A stretch of DNA of 64,000 nt from Octopus vulgaris (GCA_951406725.2 OX597836.1:17732001-17796000); one strand, 5' to 3'. Shown: positions 40,897-53,988, counted from the stretch's first letter. Made by a program: numbers and translations. The notes: generated by a model from the sequence alone, not told the origin.

Positions 40897-41070
40897 TATT
40901 TCTTTACTACCCACAAGGGGGTAAACACAGAGGGGACAAACAAGGACAGACAAAGGGATTAAGTCGATTACATCGACCCCAGTGCGTAACTGGTACTTAA
41001 TTTATCGACCCCGAAAGGATGAAAGGCAAAGTCGACCTCGGCGGAATTTGAACTCGGAACGCAACGACAG
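40897..41070 (-). mobile_element. SINE family B, 5'-truncated
   Basis: TATTTCTTTACTACCCACAAGGGG tail and Nin-like block in reverse. Confidence 0.88.
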
Positions 41071-41307
41071 ATGATGATAATTTTTCTTTAAATTTCGTAG
41101 TTGTGATTGTTTGATAGACTTTAAACATTTTATATCAGACCTACGTAAGTGAATTTGTTGTTAGATTCGCTCTTGTCGTTTGTGGAATGCTTTTGTTTTC
41201 TAATTTTTTAACCTCATAGAATAGTTGAGATCTTAGCAGATGCGTAATAAAGGTGATTAAGGTCTGTAATATCAACATCACTAGCTGAAATTATATCTTT
41301 AAGTGCA

Positions 41308-41531
41308 AGCTGGCAGAAACGGTAGCACGCCGGGCGAAATGCCTAGCCGTATTTCGTCTGTCTTTACGTTCTGAGTTCAAATTCCGCCGAGGTTGACTTT
41401 GGCTTTCATCCTTTCGGGGTCGATAAATTAAGTACCAGTTACGCACTGGGGTCGATGGAATCGACTTAATCGCTTTGTCTATCTTTGTTTGTCCCCTCTG
41501 CGTTTAGTCCCTTGTGGGTAGTAAAGAAATA
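41308..41531 (+). mobile_element. SINE family B with 18-bp TSD
   Basis: TSD TATATCTTTAAGTGCAAG at 41292-41309 and 41532-41549. Confidence 0.92.
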
Positions 41532-42413
41532 TATATCTTTAAGTGCAAGGCAGATTTTACCAATGGCTTTTAGGTTTTATTTAGAGTTGCGAATTTTGGC
41601 GAGAGTGTCATGTTCATCCAAACAGGTTTCCTTAACTTTCAGCATTTCAATTATTATTTGATTTTTTAGATCAATTAGTTCAGTTGATTCAGTTTCTGTG
41701 TGATTTTCATCATCCATTTGATCTTCATCTTTGATATTTATGGCTGGTTCAGAAATTATTTCACTTTGCTTATCAATTACATTGACTCTTTCTATAATTA
41801 CTGCATTTTCATCAGACCTAGGTTGGTCTGTAATTATTTCTTCATTAGTGTCTTCTTTAGCTGCATCATCGTTCCTTTTATCCTTTACTAATTGTTTAAT
41901 TTGGTCAATCTCTAATTCTCTTCTATCTCCAATTTCGGTATTTTTGTACAGTATTGGATTTATTTGTAGAGAAATACATGGCATGATAGAAGGCCTTAAG
42001 TACTTCTTTATTATCTTCCCTAACCATCTTCCATTCCTTTTCTTTTGGTTACCCGATGATGAGCTTGGGCTGCAATTTGTTGGAATATTCCGGTTGTGGG
42101 GTGCTTCCAACTCCTGAATTTCGGGAAGATTTGAACCGGTAGCTGATGTTTCGCCCCCAGTCTGGTATGGGGAGAGATTCTTGTTGATCCGGTGTGAAAT
42201 TTTCTTTCCTATCATTGATACAAGAAGTGAGTGAGCGTTGAAATTATGGGACAGATCTGTCTGTTTAGCATCAAATTTTGAGACAACACCGCCTCTGAGT
42301 TCTTTGAATGAGAACCGTACACTGGGGTCAATGTAATCGACTCATCCCCTCTCCCCAAATTACTGGCTTTGCGCCAAAAATTTGAAACCACTGATATCAA
42401 CATCATCATCATG

Positions 42414-42466
<53 letters not shown>

Positions 42467-42865
42467 GATTATTATTTTTATTATTATTATCATTATTGCT
42501 GTTGTTGTTGTTGTTGTTATTGTTACTATTATTATCATCGTTGTTGTTGTTGTTGTTATCATTTCAGTAACACCGGTCAAGTACATCTCCTCGGGACGGC
42601 ATATATAAAGATTTTGTTGAATCATTCTAACAAGTCTTTGAATATATACTTTAGAAACATACCATATTTAGCCAATTATAATCAATGAAAAATGCGGGTG
42701 CAGAATCCTAGAATATTCTTAAGTATTGAACCTGAGGAAGTACAGAACAAACAGTAATTAAACCTGGATCAGTGCAGGATAAAAAGAGAAAACTTAGAAT
42801 ATTGATGCTGAAGTTAGAATTTAAAAACTAAACTAGTAATAAATGCCCGTTTATATATTATCTTT

Positions 42866-43097
42866 GCGGCGAGCTGGCAGAAACGTTAGCACGTCGGGCG
42901 AAATGCGTAGCCGTATTTCGTCTGCCGTTAAGTGTTCTGGGTTCAAATTCCGCCGAGGTCGACTTTGCCTTTCATCCTTTCGGGGTCGATAAATTAAGTA
43001 CCAGTTACGCACTGGGGTCGATGTAATCGACTTAATCCCTTTGTCTGTCCTTGTTTGTCCCCTCTATGTTTAGCCCCTTGTGGGTAGTAAAGAAATA
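42866..43097 (+). mobile_element. SINE family B, full length (tRNA head plus Nin-like domain)
   Basis: TSD TATATATTATCTTT at 42852 and 43100; A-box AGCTGGCAGAAACGTTAG, B-box GGTTCAAATTCC. Confidence 0.92.
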
Positions 43098-44000
43098 TAT
43101 ATATATTATCTTTACTTAATAGATTAAATTAAAATACTCAAGGAACTATTTATTTTCAGTTGTAGTGAAATGGCTAATTGCCTTTAAGATTATGCATTAA
43201 AAAATTTGTATTAGAAATTTATATATTCAAAAATTCACCTAATAGTAATTTAATTAAAATTAGCAATTATAACCCCTAAGTATTTTTTGCACTCACTTTG
43301 TTCATTAACTTTCATTTTGTAGAAATATTTTTCTAACTGTAAATAAAAAATTTTTGTTCTCACATAATCCAAAATTTAAAGAAATCAATTCTTTTGTTTC
43401 TTAAAAATATTTTTTTTTTGTATTTTTCTCTTTTGAATTACCTGTGTTCTTAAATGAGTTTGATTTTATCACACAATATCTGTGAGTTAAAATTTTTGTA
43501 TTATAAGTTTTGATAAGAAAAAAATTAAAAAATAATATACTGATAAAAAAAATCAGAAATGTTTTAAGTTAATTGAAAGAAATTTTAAAATAAAAAATAT
43601 TAACTTACATTTAAAAAAAAAGCAATAAAAAGCCAAAAATTATAAAGAACAAAACAGTGTACACGCTATTTCATGAACAATCTCAGAAATTTATTTAACA
43701 AATTCTAACTTCTGGAGCAATGTTTAACTTTTTATTCCTTCTGGTCCTGTACTTTTCCAGGCTTAATTACTGGTTGTTATGTACATTCGCAGGTTCAATA
43801 TTTAAGAATATTCTATGATTCTGCGCTTGTACTTTTCATTCTAGTCCATTTTTCAGGCAATTATTTTATTTAACTTTATATTTTATAAAATGACGCTATT
43901 GTAGATATTTTTAAATACAGATTTTGTTCAAACTTAGAAATTTTGTTTGCAAATAAAAAGAAGAAAAGAATCATAACAGCATATCTGTTACAAATAAATA

Positions 44001-44630
44001 TTGGGTTGGTAAATAAGTTCCCGCCATTTTTCACATTTAAATTTTTAGAAGGTTTAATAAAAAAAAAACTTCTTCCCAACGTTCAACAAGATTTTCAATA
44101 CCTCGCTGGTAGAAATCACTCGATTTCGACTCGAAAGATTGATCCAACCAAGCTCTCAATTCTGCATCATTACTGAACGAAGCTCCGCGCATAGCATTTG
44201 AAATAGATCGAAAGAGGTGGAAATCCGTTGGTACCAAATCAGGAGAGTACGGCAGATGTGGCAGCACTTCCCAGTCATACGTTTGAATGGCTTTCTTGGT
44301 CATATTGGCGATATGAGGGCGGGTGTTGTCGTGCAGCAGAAGAACTCCATGCTGTTGATTAGGTCTTTTCTCTCGAATAGGCGTGTTGAGTCGTTTGGCT
44401 CCGTTCAAGCAATTCGAAATGGATAATTCCTTCCCAGTCCAACCATACGCGCAACATCGTTTTACGCGGATGAAGATCTTGTTTCACGCGCGGTGTCGCT
44501 TATTTACTGGTGCTAAGTCATTCCTTACGCTGCTTCATATTGATTTACAAGCACCATTTTCCGTCGCCAGTAACGATTCGGTAAAGAAGTCACTGCACTG
44601 TTTCAAATGTCCCATTTATGCCATCTAGAG
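44001..44630 (-). mobile_element. Mariner (DD34D) transposon 3' half with TIR
   Basis: IVTGDGKW..LLHDNTRPH..HLPYSPDLVPTDFHLF..GIENLVERW; TIR TA|TTGGGTTGGTAAATAAGTTCCCGCC. Confidence 0.92.
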
Positions 44631-44639
44631 TGAGGACTA

Positions 44640-44915
44640 TATACTGCAGTAGTTTGCGATTCAAGGGCCCAGAATTATTTTGTCTCGCAAATACATCTGC
44701 GGGATCTTCATGGAGTAGGGGTTAGATCTTTTCAGTAAACAGATTGATCTCCTGCTGTCCAAGTTCACAGATGAGCTTCCATCACGGCAAGAAACTTGAC
44801 AGAAGGCAGAAGTATCGAACTCTCTCTTTCACCAAAAGCCAATCGCATAAGAATGGCCAATGAAAAGGCGTAGGTGCTCCAGTATGGCCGCAGGCTTCGG
44901 GCTGAAACATATAAA
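44640..44915 (+). mobile_element. CR1-group LINE 3' end whose 3'UTR matches the family A SINE tail
   Basis: SLRFKGPELF..LRDLHGV..D..LSK..DE..SNSLFHQ; UTR GGTGCTCCAGTATGGCCGCAG..CTGAAACA. Confidence 0.7.
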
Positions 44916-44932
44916 AAAACTAGAAATGAAAG

Positions 44933-44979
<47 letters not shown>

Positions 44980-45049
44980 TGTATGTATGTTAGATTTATA
45001 TATATATATAAATATATATATATATAATATATTTCTATATATGTATATA

Positions 45050-45175
45050 TTGGCCTGCTCGCTTATCCAGCGGGGTGGCGTCATTCGAAGGCTAAAACAA
45101 TGCGAACGCATTGTGACCAGCGATGTGTTGCAACATCTGATGGTCTGGTCAGTCACGTGATCACGTGATCACGTG

Positions 45176-45177
<2 letters not shown>
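45050..45177. repeat. Short (TA)n-embedded repeat ending in (TCACGTGA)x3
   Basis: GC-richer 130-bp island between TA tracts with a tandem octamer at 45153-45176. Confidence 0.55.
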
Positions 45178-45226
<49 letters not shown>

Positions 45227-45674
45227 TGTATATATGAGTGTCGGTGTGTGAGGACGTGCGTGTGTGTGTGCGCCACAGTCTATGTTTTCTTTTTAACTTT
45301 ATTGTGTTGGTAATTATATCAGATATTGTATAATTTAAACCGAGTTGCGGGCAGCCATATTAGAAGTATGCGATATTATATCGCCAGATTGCCTGCCATT
45401 GTTCTCTTCTGTTCTCTCCTATACACAAACACAAACGATATATGATAATGTGTACTTAAGGGTTTCAGTTATGAATGACTTTAAGCCATTTATGATGTAA
45501 TTATACGATTAGGTTTCAACATTACGTGACAATGTTATTAACGATTTAATGATCTGATTGGACTGGACCAAGCATTGCGTGGAACGAATTATTGCATATC
45601 ACGGCAGCCAGTGCATGATATGCATATGCATGTGCATGTATTTAAGTATGTATACATATATGCATACGTACATA

Positions 45675-45764
<90 letters not shown>

Positions 45765-45794
45765 CATACATATATATATATGTATATATATATG

Positions 45795-45830
<36 letters not shown>

Positions 45831-45879
45831 AATGTATATATGTATGTATGTATTTATATATTGACATAAATACAAATGC

Positions 45880-45944
<65 letters not shown>

Positions 45945-46015
45945 ATATATATATTTATATGTAGGTATATATTGACACAAATGCAAATGCATATATATGT
46001 ATGTATGCATGTTTG

Positions 46016-46055
<40 letters not shown>

Positions 46056-46152
46056 CTACATATATATATATGTATACACATTCATAGAAACATATATGTG
46101 CAGATATGTACGTATAGATTATACATTCATGTATTTACACACGCATATACAC

Positions 46153-46211
<59 letters not shown>

Positions 46212-46561
46212 CAGACAGGCACACGCGCGCACATAGATACACACACATGTACATATTTCAACGTTTCACGAATGAATTACGTCAGCAGATGAGGAGATTA
46301 TTCGAGTAGTTGTTTCTGCGGGGACAATTAAATGCCGGTCTATTTCTAAAAGACGAAATGATCCTTTATTGACTCTGTTTAAAGGGATTACATAAGAATG
46401 AGACTGATATGAAGGAAATCTCAATATTCATATCGTCAGTATCAGTGGGGAACTAAATCTTTGATTGTATGTAAGGGGGCTGATGGATCCAACTAATAAA
46501 TATAGGTGTTGTAATACACAGACACACACATACACACACACACACACACACACGCACACAC

Positions 46562-46600
<39 letters not shown>

Positions 46601-46657
46601 GGAGTAAACACATAAATGTGAAACAAGGTTGAAAAAAGAGTACTCAAATAGCAAAAA

Positions 46658-46695
46658 CTGTCCGACGAACGGGAAAGTGAAACTCAAAGTAATAG
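46658..46695 (+). ncRNA. Type I hammerhead-like ribozyme, U4C core variant, in a ~130-bp (TA)n-flanked element (46598-46730)
   Basis: Stem I CTGT/ATAG extended by AAAA/TTTT; CCGACGA; stem II AC-GGGAAA-GT; GAAACT-CAA-AGTA. Confidence 0.6.
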
Positions 46696-46893
46696 GTTTT
46701 GTTGAATTTTCTGCTGCTTTTGAATAAAGTATATATATATATATATGTATATTTGTAAGCCTTGTACTTATCCTATCGGTCCCTTTTGCCGAACCGCTAA
46801 GCTACGGGCTCATAAACATACCAGTATCGGTTCTCAAGCGACATTGGGGTGGGGGGACAAACACATACATACATACATACATACATACATACA

Positions 46894-46943
<50 letters not shown>

Positions 46944-46954
46944 ATATATATATC

Positions 46955-47200
46955 AAATGTTTGGTCATGTTGGGGAACAGATGATAGTCAGATGGGACCA
47001 AATCAGAAGAATAGAGAAGCAGATAAACCTGTTGAAAGACACAGTCACACACACCTATTGAAAGCAAAGAACTGTTTGATGGAGTACTCTCTTGAAACAA
47101 GACCCCTTTCGTCATATTTCCTGGGTGCTTGGGCTTCATAAACCTTCGTAATGGCCTCAGCAATTTGGTGTGGCATGTAGTTGATAACACCAACATGCCA
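46955..47200 (-). mobile_element. Mariner transposase fossil
   Basis: KGVLFQ..YSSDLVPSDYHLFPNMTKHL. Confidence 0.8.
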
Positions 47201-47439
47201 AATAGTTTCCAACATCTCCAGGAAATGTCGCTACCTGTTACATTTGAAGTCGTCTTTGAACAGTGAGATATCAGTTTGCCTGGAAGGAAAAAAATGCACT
47301 TATTAATAACAAAGGTTGAAATAAATACGTGCAAAATATCACAATTCTAGTATCACTCCCACATAGTCTATGAAGCCTTCAGCCCACACTCGAAAATATA
47401 GAGGACAAATATTTTATATCGTATAAATATAAAACTGAA

Positions 47440-47440
<1 letters not shown>

Positions 47441-47516
<76 letters not shown>

Positions 47517-47523
47517 CACCACC

Positions 47524-47600
<77 letters not shown>

Positions 47601-47620
47601 CACCAACACCACTACTACTA

Positions 47621-47655
<35 letters not shown>

Positions 47656-47672
47656 GCTACTACTACTACTAC
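47441..47672. repeat. (ACT)n/(ACC)n tract
   Basis: Read directly. Confidence 0.95.
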
Positions 47673-47859
47673 AATAATAATTATAATAATTATATGGCTT
47701 CATATTAAGTGGAGCACTACCGAGGCATTTCATTTTACCGACTCCAAAAGAATGAAAGCAAAATTTGACCTCTGCAGGTTTTGAACTCAGAGCGTAAAGA
47801 GCATTAAGAGATGCCCGCTAACAATTTCGTCTGAGACTCTAACGTCCTTCAAAAATGAC

Positions 47860-48200
47860 TATATAAAGGTGCTTTGGGATATAGAACATCAAAAGGATAA
47901 GCAAATAAACGCTTCACAAAAAGAAGTGGATGTTGTTTAATCAATGTCGATGTCCGATTGATGGAAGAATGGTAGATGAAAGAACTTGAGAAAATAGAAA
48001 AATATCAGGGATTAAAATATGGCTATCAAAGGAATTTGGATTGCTAAAGGTTATCGATATCCTAATTGTAATCGTATCCTGAGGAAAGGTTTGAAACAAA
48101 TTTCATTTGTCAGTCGAGGGCGCTGGATATCGATATGAAATTCCTTAATTCAGAGAAAGCCAATTTTGTTTCATAGCGCAGCAAGGAAGGTGCGAGTACC
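47860..48200 (+). mobile_element. Very decayed R4-type endonuclease fragment
   Basis: KVLWDI..D, EKIEKYQGL remnants. Confidence 0.45.
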
Positions 48201-48220
48201 TAAGGTAGCATGCTAATACC

Positions 48221-48634
48221 TATTTCTTTACTACCCACAAGGGTCTAAACACAGAGAGGACAAACAAGAACAGACAAACGGATTAAGTCGATTATATCGA
48301 CCCCAGTGTGTAACTGGTACTTATTTAATCGAGCCCGAAAGGATGAAAGGCAAAGTCGACCTCGGCGGAATTTGAACTCAGAACGTAGCGGCAGACGAAA
48401 TACCTATTTCTTTACTACTCACAAGGGGCTAAACACAGAAGGGACAAAGAAGGACAGACAAACGGATTAAGTCGATTATATCGATCCTAGTGCGTAACTG
48501 GTACTTAATTTATCGACTCCGAAAGGATGAGAGGCAAAGTCGGCCTCAGCGGAATTTGAACTCAGAACGTAACGACAGACGAAATACGGCTACGTATTTC
48601 GCCCGGCGTGCTAACGTTTCTGCCAGCTCACCCT
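48221..48634 (-). mobile_element. Second head-to-tail family B SINE dimer inside one TSD
   Basis: TSD GTAGCATGCTAATACC at 48205-48220 and 48635-48650; same junction as 22913-23329. Confidence 0.9.
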
Positions 48635-48928
48635 GTAGCATGCTAATACCAATAAAACAAAATTCTGAATAAACAGAAAGAGGTAAAAGGAAAACAATAA
48701 CTGCAATAATAATAATAATAATTATTATTATTTGGGGACAGAAGCTAGTGGATAACATCGACTCTAGGGCTCAACTTTTATCTTTTATCTTATACTATGC
48801 CACTGAGAAAGGATGAAAGGCAACCTAAACTCAGAACGTAAAGACGGACGAAATGCCGCAGCCTGTTTTCTCCGAACGCTAACGATTCTTCTTACTTATC
48901 GTTTTCAACAACAACTAGAAAAGCAGCG

Positions 48929-49115
48929 GTGGAAGCGCAATGGCCCAGTGGTTAGGGCAGCGGACTCGCGGTTGTAAGAATGCGGTTTCGATTCCCAGAC
49001 CGGGCATTGTGAGTGTTTATTCAGCAAAAACACCTAAGCTCCACGAGGCTCCGGCGGGGGAGGGTGGTGAACCCCACTGTACTCTTTCACCACAACTTTC
49101 TCTCACTCTTTTTTT
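48929..49115 (+). mobile_element. tRNA-derived SINE 5' part (same family as 62628-62940)
   Basis: TGGCCCAGTGGTTAGG A-box, GGTTTCGATTCC B-box, ACCTAAGCTCCACGAGGCTCCGGC. Confidence 0.8.
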
Positions 49116-49237
49116 CCTACTTCTGCCACAAAGCAGAAGAACCATGGTGTAACCCACTATGGTGTGGTAAACCTTCAGACCCTAGTCTAGCTTGCGAATC
49201 CTCCGTACCCCAGGATGGTTCAGCTCTCCATCCCAAG

Positions 49238-49600
49238 ACCTTGGGCAAATGTCTTCTACTATAGCCTCGAGCCAACCAAAGCCTTGTGAGAGGATTTGGT
49301 AGACGAAAACTGAAAGAAGGTCGTCGTATATATATGCATATCTGTGTGTGTGTGTGTGTGTAGATGTGAGTATGTGTATGTGTCCTCTACCACTGCTTTG
49401 ACAACCGATGCTGGTGTGTTTGCGTCCCTGTAACATTAGCAGTTCGGCAAATGATAACCGAATAACCGATAGAATAAGCACTACACTTTAAAAAATTAGT
49501 TCTAGCGTTGATGTGTTCGACTAAATTCCTTCAAGTCCATGCCCCAGCATGGCCGCAGCCAAATGACTTGAAAAATTATAAGATAAAAGATAAAGGATAA
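49238..49600 (+). mobile_element. SINE family A, headless
   Basis: ACCTTGGGCAAA..tail blocks. Confidence 0.8.
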
Positions 49601-49691
49601 AAGATGTGGAGACATGAATGATGTAATCTTCCCCTGACTGGAGAACCACCAACTAAGGCCAGTCAAGGAACCCCACTGTTCCAAGATTACC

Positions 49692-49923
49692 TATTTCTTT
49701 ATTACCCACAAGGGGCTAAACACAGAGGGGACAAACAAGGACAGACATAGGTATTAAGTCGATTACATCGACCCCAGTGCGCAACTGGTACTTAATTTAT
49801 CGACCCCGAAAGGATGAAAGGCAAAGTCGACCTGAGCGGAATTTGAACTCACAACGTAACGGCAGACGAAATACCGCAAAGCATTTCGCCCAGCGTGCTA
49901 CCGATTCTGCCAGCTCACCGCCT
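49692..49923 (-). mobile_element. SINE family B, full length
   Basis: TSD CTGTTCCAAG(A/G)TTACC on both sides. Confidence 0.9.
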
Positions 49924-49984
49924 TCAAATCTGTTCCAAGGTTACCGTGGCCATCAAACGCACGAGCTCTCGCCAGCCATTGTTC

Positions 49985-50210
49985 TATCTACATGTGAATG
50001 CTTGAATTAAGGCCATTCACGCTAACAACTATTGCAAGAGTCACCCATCTTTCCATAAATTCACAGAAGGATAGCCCTTCCCTCTCTAACTCAACATTCG
50101 TTTCCAATTGGAACTTAAAAGAGGCATTGAAAGATTGGCCAAAGTGGAAGGTCTGTTTCCTTATTTCATGCAGCCCAAATCCTCTTTTACCGTGGTTACT
50201 AGACACAGGA
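49985..50210 (-). mobile_element. Probable Tx1/L1-type LINE ORF2 C-terminal fossil
   Basis: GQSFNASFKFQL..VELERE.LS..EFMERWV resembles Tx1-type ORF2 ends. Confidence 0.45.
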
Positions 50211-50726
50211 ACACCTGCTCTTGCGACGAGTGGAAAGAAAAATCTTGAAATTGTAACTTCGATTTCGATGTAATTTGGTGCATTTTGAAATCAGTAAACA
50301 AAATCTATAGTCGTATTGAACTTTCGTCGACACTAACTCGCCAACCTCTTGACGTCCCCTCCCCTGCAGTGAAAAAATTCTCATATTTTATCATTAGCTA
50401 CGTTTCATATTTTATCTTTAGTGATTTCCGCCATTTTGTAAAAGTACAATGGATTTAAGTAACGTTTGATGTATTGGTGAACTATTATGACTAATTTTAT
50501 ATATATATGTATACATATATATGCACGCGTGCGAGTGTGTGTGTATGTGTGCGTGTATATATATATATATGGTTATATATGTATGTATATATTAGTGTGA
50601 CTAATTATATAAATATATCTATATAAGTACATATATGTGTAAATATCTATCTGTGTATTTATATCTTTCAGTCTGCCTATCTATATGTGTGTGTATATGT
50701 GGATGTGTGTGTTTGAATGTGCGTGG

Positions 50727-50785
<59 letters not shown>

Positions 50786-50873
50786 TGTGAGTATTTGTAC
50801 TTCTAAAGAGTTATAATACATAGACGGGAACTGACTGGTATTGATGAATGTCTGCTGTTCATAAAGATTACAG

Positions 50874-50904
<31 letters not shown>

Positions 50905-51006
50905 TGTATGTATGTGTATGTATAAATTTATGTACCTGTATGTATGTATGCATGTATGTATGTATGTATGTATACATGTATGTATGTATGTATGTATGTA
51001 TGTATG

Positions 51007-51037
<31 letters not shown>

Positions 51038-51482
51038 CGCAAACCACACGCACAACACGCAAAACATACACATACTCATATACATAGACATACATACATA
51101 TACACATCCATGCAATCAATATATAAGTAATATGAAAACTTCAAGAATAAGTATTAGAAACGATAAAAACAATACAGAAGTCACCACGAAAAAAAAAGTC
51201 CGCAACGTAGCTAATTAAAGAAAAAATTCACCTTTACAACCATCACCATATGCAAGGGTGATTTCCAAATGTTGGGTCGAATGCGATGCTGAAACTCGCG
51301 TAAAACACACCAACAGCCATAGGAAAATACAGCTATAAATAATGGTTTAAGTTTGGGCAGACTGCCATCATTTTTTGATGAGAATGATAAATGAATTAAC
51401 TACAAAGGCAAAGTCGACATCAGCATAATTTGAATTCAGAATGGAATGGGCTGGAAGAAGGGCGAAGAAGTATTTTTTTTAT

Positions 51483-51663
51483 AGTTAAGTTAATTGTTTG
51501 GCTCAAAAAGCAAAAAGCAAGGCCATGTAGGGGGACATGGAGTTATGTACAGGGAGGGTGTTCATGCAAAGAGTTCAGGCCATTTCAGGTCAAGAGAGAC
51601 TTTGAACCGAGCGGTCGTCGGCATCTTCACTATCTCGTCCGGCAGCCTATTCCACGGATCCGC
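51483..51663 (-). mobile_element. CR1-clade LINE 3' end
   Basis: DPWNRLPDEIVKMPTTARFKVSLDLKWPELFA* (WNxLP..FK..LD motif) plus a short UTR with TTAAC repeats. Confidence 0.8.
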
Positions 51664-51689
51664 AATATAGTAGTGATCCTTTCCAGAGT

Positions 51690-52322
51690 AGGAACCAGGC
51701 CTGAAATTTGGGAGAGAGGACTAATCGATCACATCTACTCCAGAGCTCAAATAGTTTTCGATTTTAGCGATTGCGAAAGGGGGAAAATGCAATGTGGATT
51801 TCGGTGGAATTTGAATCCCAAGTGTAAAGAGGAACGAAATGCCGCTGATCATTTTTGTCCAACATTCTAACGATTCAGCCGGCTCACTGACTTAATAAAG
51901 CATTCAAATTTTGACACGAGGCCAGCAATTATGAGGAGGTGGGGAAAGTCGATTACACCGTTCCCGGTGCTTATTGAATCCGGAAAGAACAAGAAGCAAA
52001 GTTGACCACCGTAGCATTTGAACTCAGAACGTAAAGAGTCGGAAAAATGCTAATAAGCAATTTATTCGACGCACTAAGGTCTTCCAGCTCGCAGCCGTAC
52101 ATAGAGCGATAAATAATGATTTCAAAATTTAGTACGAGGCCAGTAATTTCGGGGAGGGTTTAAGTAGCTGATATCGACCCTAGTATTCGACTGGTACTTA
52201 TCTTAAAGGATAAAAGGTACAATCAATCTCGGCGGAATTTCAAATCAGAACGTAAAGACAGACGAAAAGTTGCTAAGCTTTTTGCCCGGCGTGTTAACGA
52301 TTCTGCCAGTTCGCCGACTTAG
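51690..52322 (-). mobile_element. Three co-oriented decayed family B-variant SINEs in tandem
   Basis: Repeating AGGCC..AATT..GTCGAT..GAATTTGAA..AACGATTC units about every 210 bp. Confidence 0.7.
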
Positions 52323-52487
52323 AACGATAAATGATAACATACAATAATATTTGGGGTTACAAAATACGCTTAGATGGTAGAAAATATTGAATATTTACAC
52401 CGCTGTCCGTTCGTATCACGCGTCTCATATGAGTACAGGATATACGAGTTTGGGTCCCGACGCTGGTGGTCATTTTGAATTTTTTAC

Positions 52488-52632
52488 GTGATAAGTAGCT
52501 TACTTACCAACCACATGGTTTCGGGTTCAGTCCTACTGCGTTGCACATTGGGCAAGTGTATTCTACTATAGCCTCGGGCCGATCAAAGCCTTGTGAGTGG
52601 ATTTGGTTGACGAAAACTGAAAGTAGTATGTC

Positions 52633-52670
<38 letters not shown>

Positions 52671-52895
52671 GTGTGTGTGTATTTTTGTGTCTGTGTTTGT
52701 CTCCCCAACAACGCTTGACAACCGATGTCGGTGTGTTTACGTCCCCGTTACTTAGTTCGGCAAAAGAGACCGCTAGAAGAAGTACTAGGCTTAAAAAGAA
52801 TAAGTCCTGGGGTCGATTTTCTCAACTAAAGACAGTGCTCCAGCATGGCTGCAGTCAAATGACTGAAACAAGTAAAAGAATAACAGAATAAAAGA
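52488..52895 (+). mobile_element. SINE family A
   Basis: Head, CORE block, internal (TA)n and tail. Confidence 0.88.
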
Positions 52896-53811
52896 ATTCA
52901 CGTTTATTTTATGTTATTTCTTGGTAATTTTTTCTCTCTCTGTTTGAAGGTGAAATTTTACCTCAACAACGAGCGATTTCCAACAGTTTTGTGGTCAGGT
53001 TCGCTGAAAGTAGAATAAAAACCACAGGAATATTTTATATTACATCTTCAAAGTGAGACAAGTGTAATAGAAAAACTTGCCTATATTGCATGTAACAATA
53101 ATATTTTTTTAAATATTTCTGGGAAAACTTCCTTTCGGAAAAAAAAAATGAATACATATAAATAAAATAAAATAAAATAAAATAAAGCAGAAACAAAAAC
53201 AAACCATGGAGCGTGCATCCTAAAAAACTTAGGAGTCAATTCGGTAAACAAAAAAACAAAAAAACAAAAAGCAAAAAATGCATGGAAATACTGAATAATG
53301 AAGAATATATTTTATTCATGAAGACGTTGACGGCAATAATGATGACGATGATGATGGTGGTGATGGTGATGATGAAGATGATGATGATGATGATGATGAT
53401 GTTGATTCTGGTGATGAGGATGATGATGTTGGTGATGATGAGAAGGATGATGTCCTCCAGTGAAATAATTATCAATGTAAGTGTTATGACGACATTGAAA
53501 AATCTTCGAAGCATTGGTAATTAACTTCTGCTTTAATTTAGTTAGATCTTTAGAGCTGTTAATTGACTCAGATAATTAATTCATTGATTTAAGATTACAG
53601 TTTTTAATTAATTGACTTCCTCACAAATCTTGCCAATTAGATTTTATGTGAGATATGTCAAACAATTTTTTTGCTTTTTTTTTTCCTTCTATATTTGATC
53701 CATATTTCCACCTGAGTACAATCATGTTTATACAAACACAGCACAGAAAAAATATATCAATTCATTTTATAGTATGATGATATATTATATAAGATATATT
53801 TTTATATATTA

Positions 53812-53988
53812 CGAGTGAGTGCTGGAAATTTCCTAGCTTTGGGTAAAAGAAAATACAAAAGGATCAGTTTATAAATTTATTCAACATATTCCCCTCTTAG
53901 ATTCAGACACTTATCGCAGCGGTCTTTCAGCTTTTCTAAGCCCTTTGGGGGATACCCTTAAAGCTAGGAACTTTTCAGCACCTACTTG
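53812..53988. mobile_element. Mariner-type MITE
   Basis: TIRs CGAGTGAGTGCTGGAAATTTCCTAGCTTT / AAAGCTAGGAACTTTTCAGCACCTACTTG, TA-flanked. Confidence 0.78.

Larger units (their letters stand above)
40000..42300 (-). mobile_element. R4/Dong-type LINE 5' half (N-terminal region to pre-RT), interrupted by three SINEs
   Basis: ORF 41577-42215 (Myb-like REDNKEVLKAFY in an adjacent frame; LEIDQIK), KQKVSAKAVRIARY..ENSMFKNN and KWNSPGKD motifs. Confidence 0.8.

Noticed and set aside
41577-42215. 212-aa ORF as a host gene
   Set aside because: It is collinear with downstream R4/Dong motifs and is the N-terminal part of a decayed LINE.
42255-42325. HDV-like ribozyme in the R4-type 5'UTR
   Set aside because: Only a weak GG..CTAA hint; P1/P2/P3 could not be built and the upstream part is replaced by a SINE fragment.
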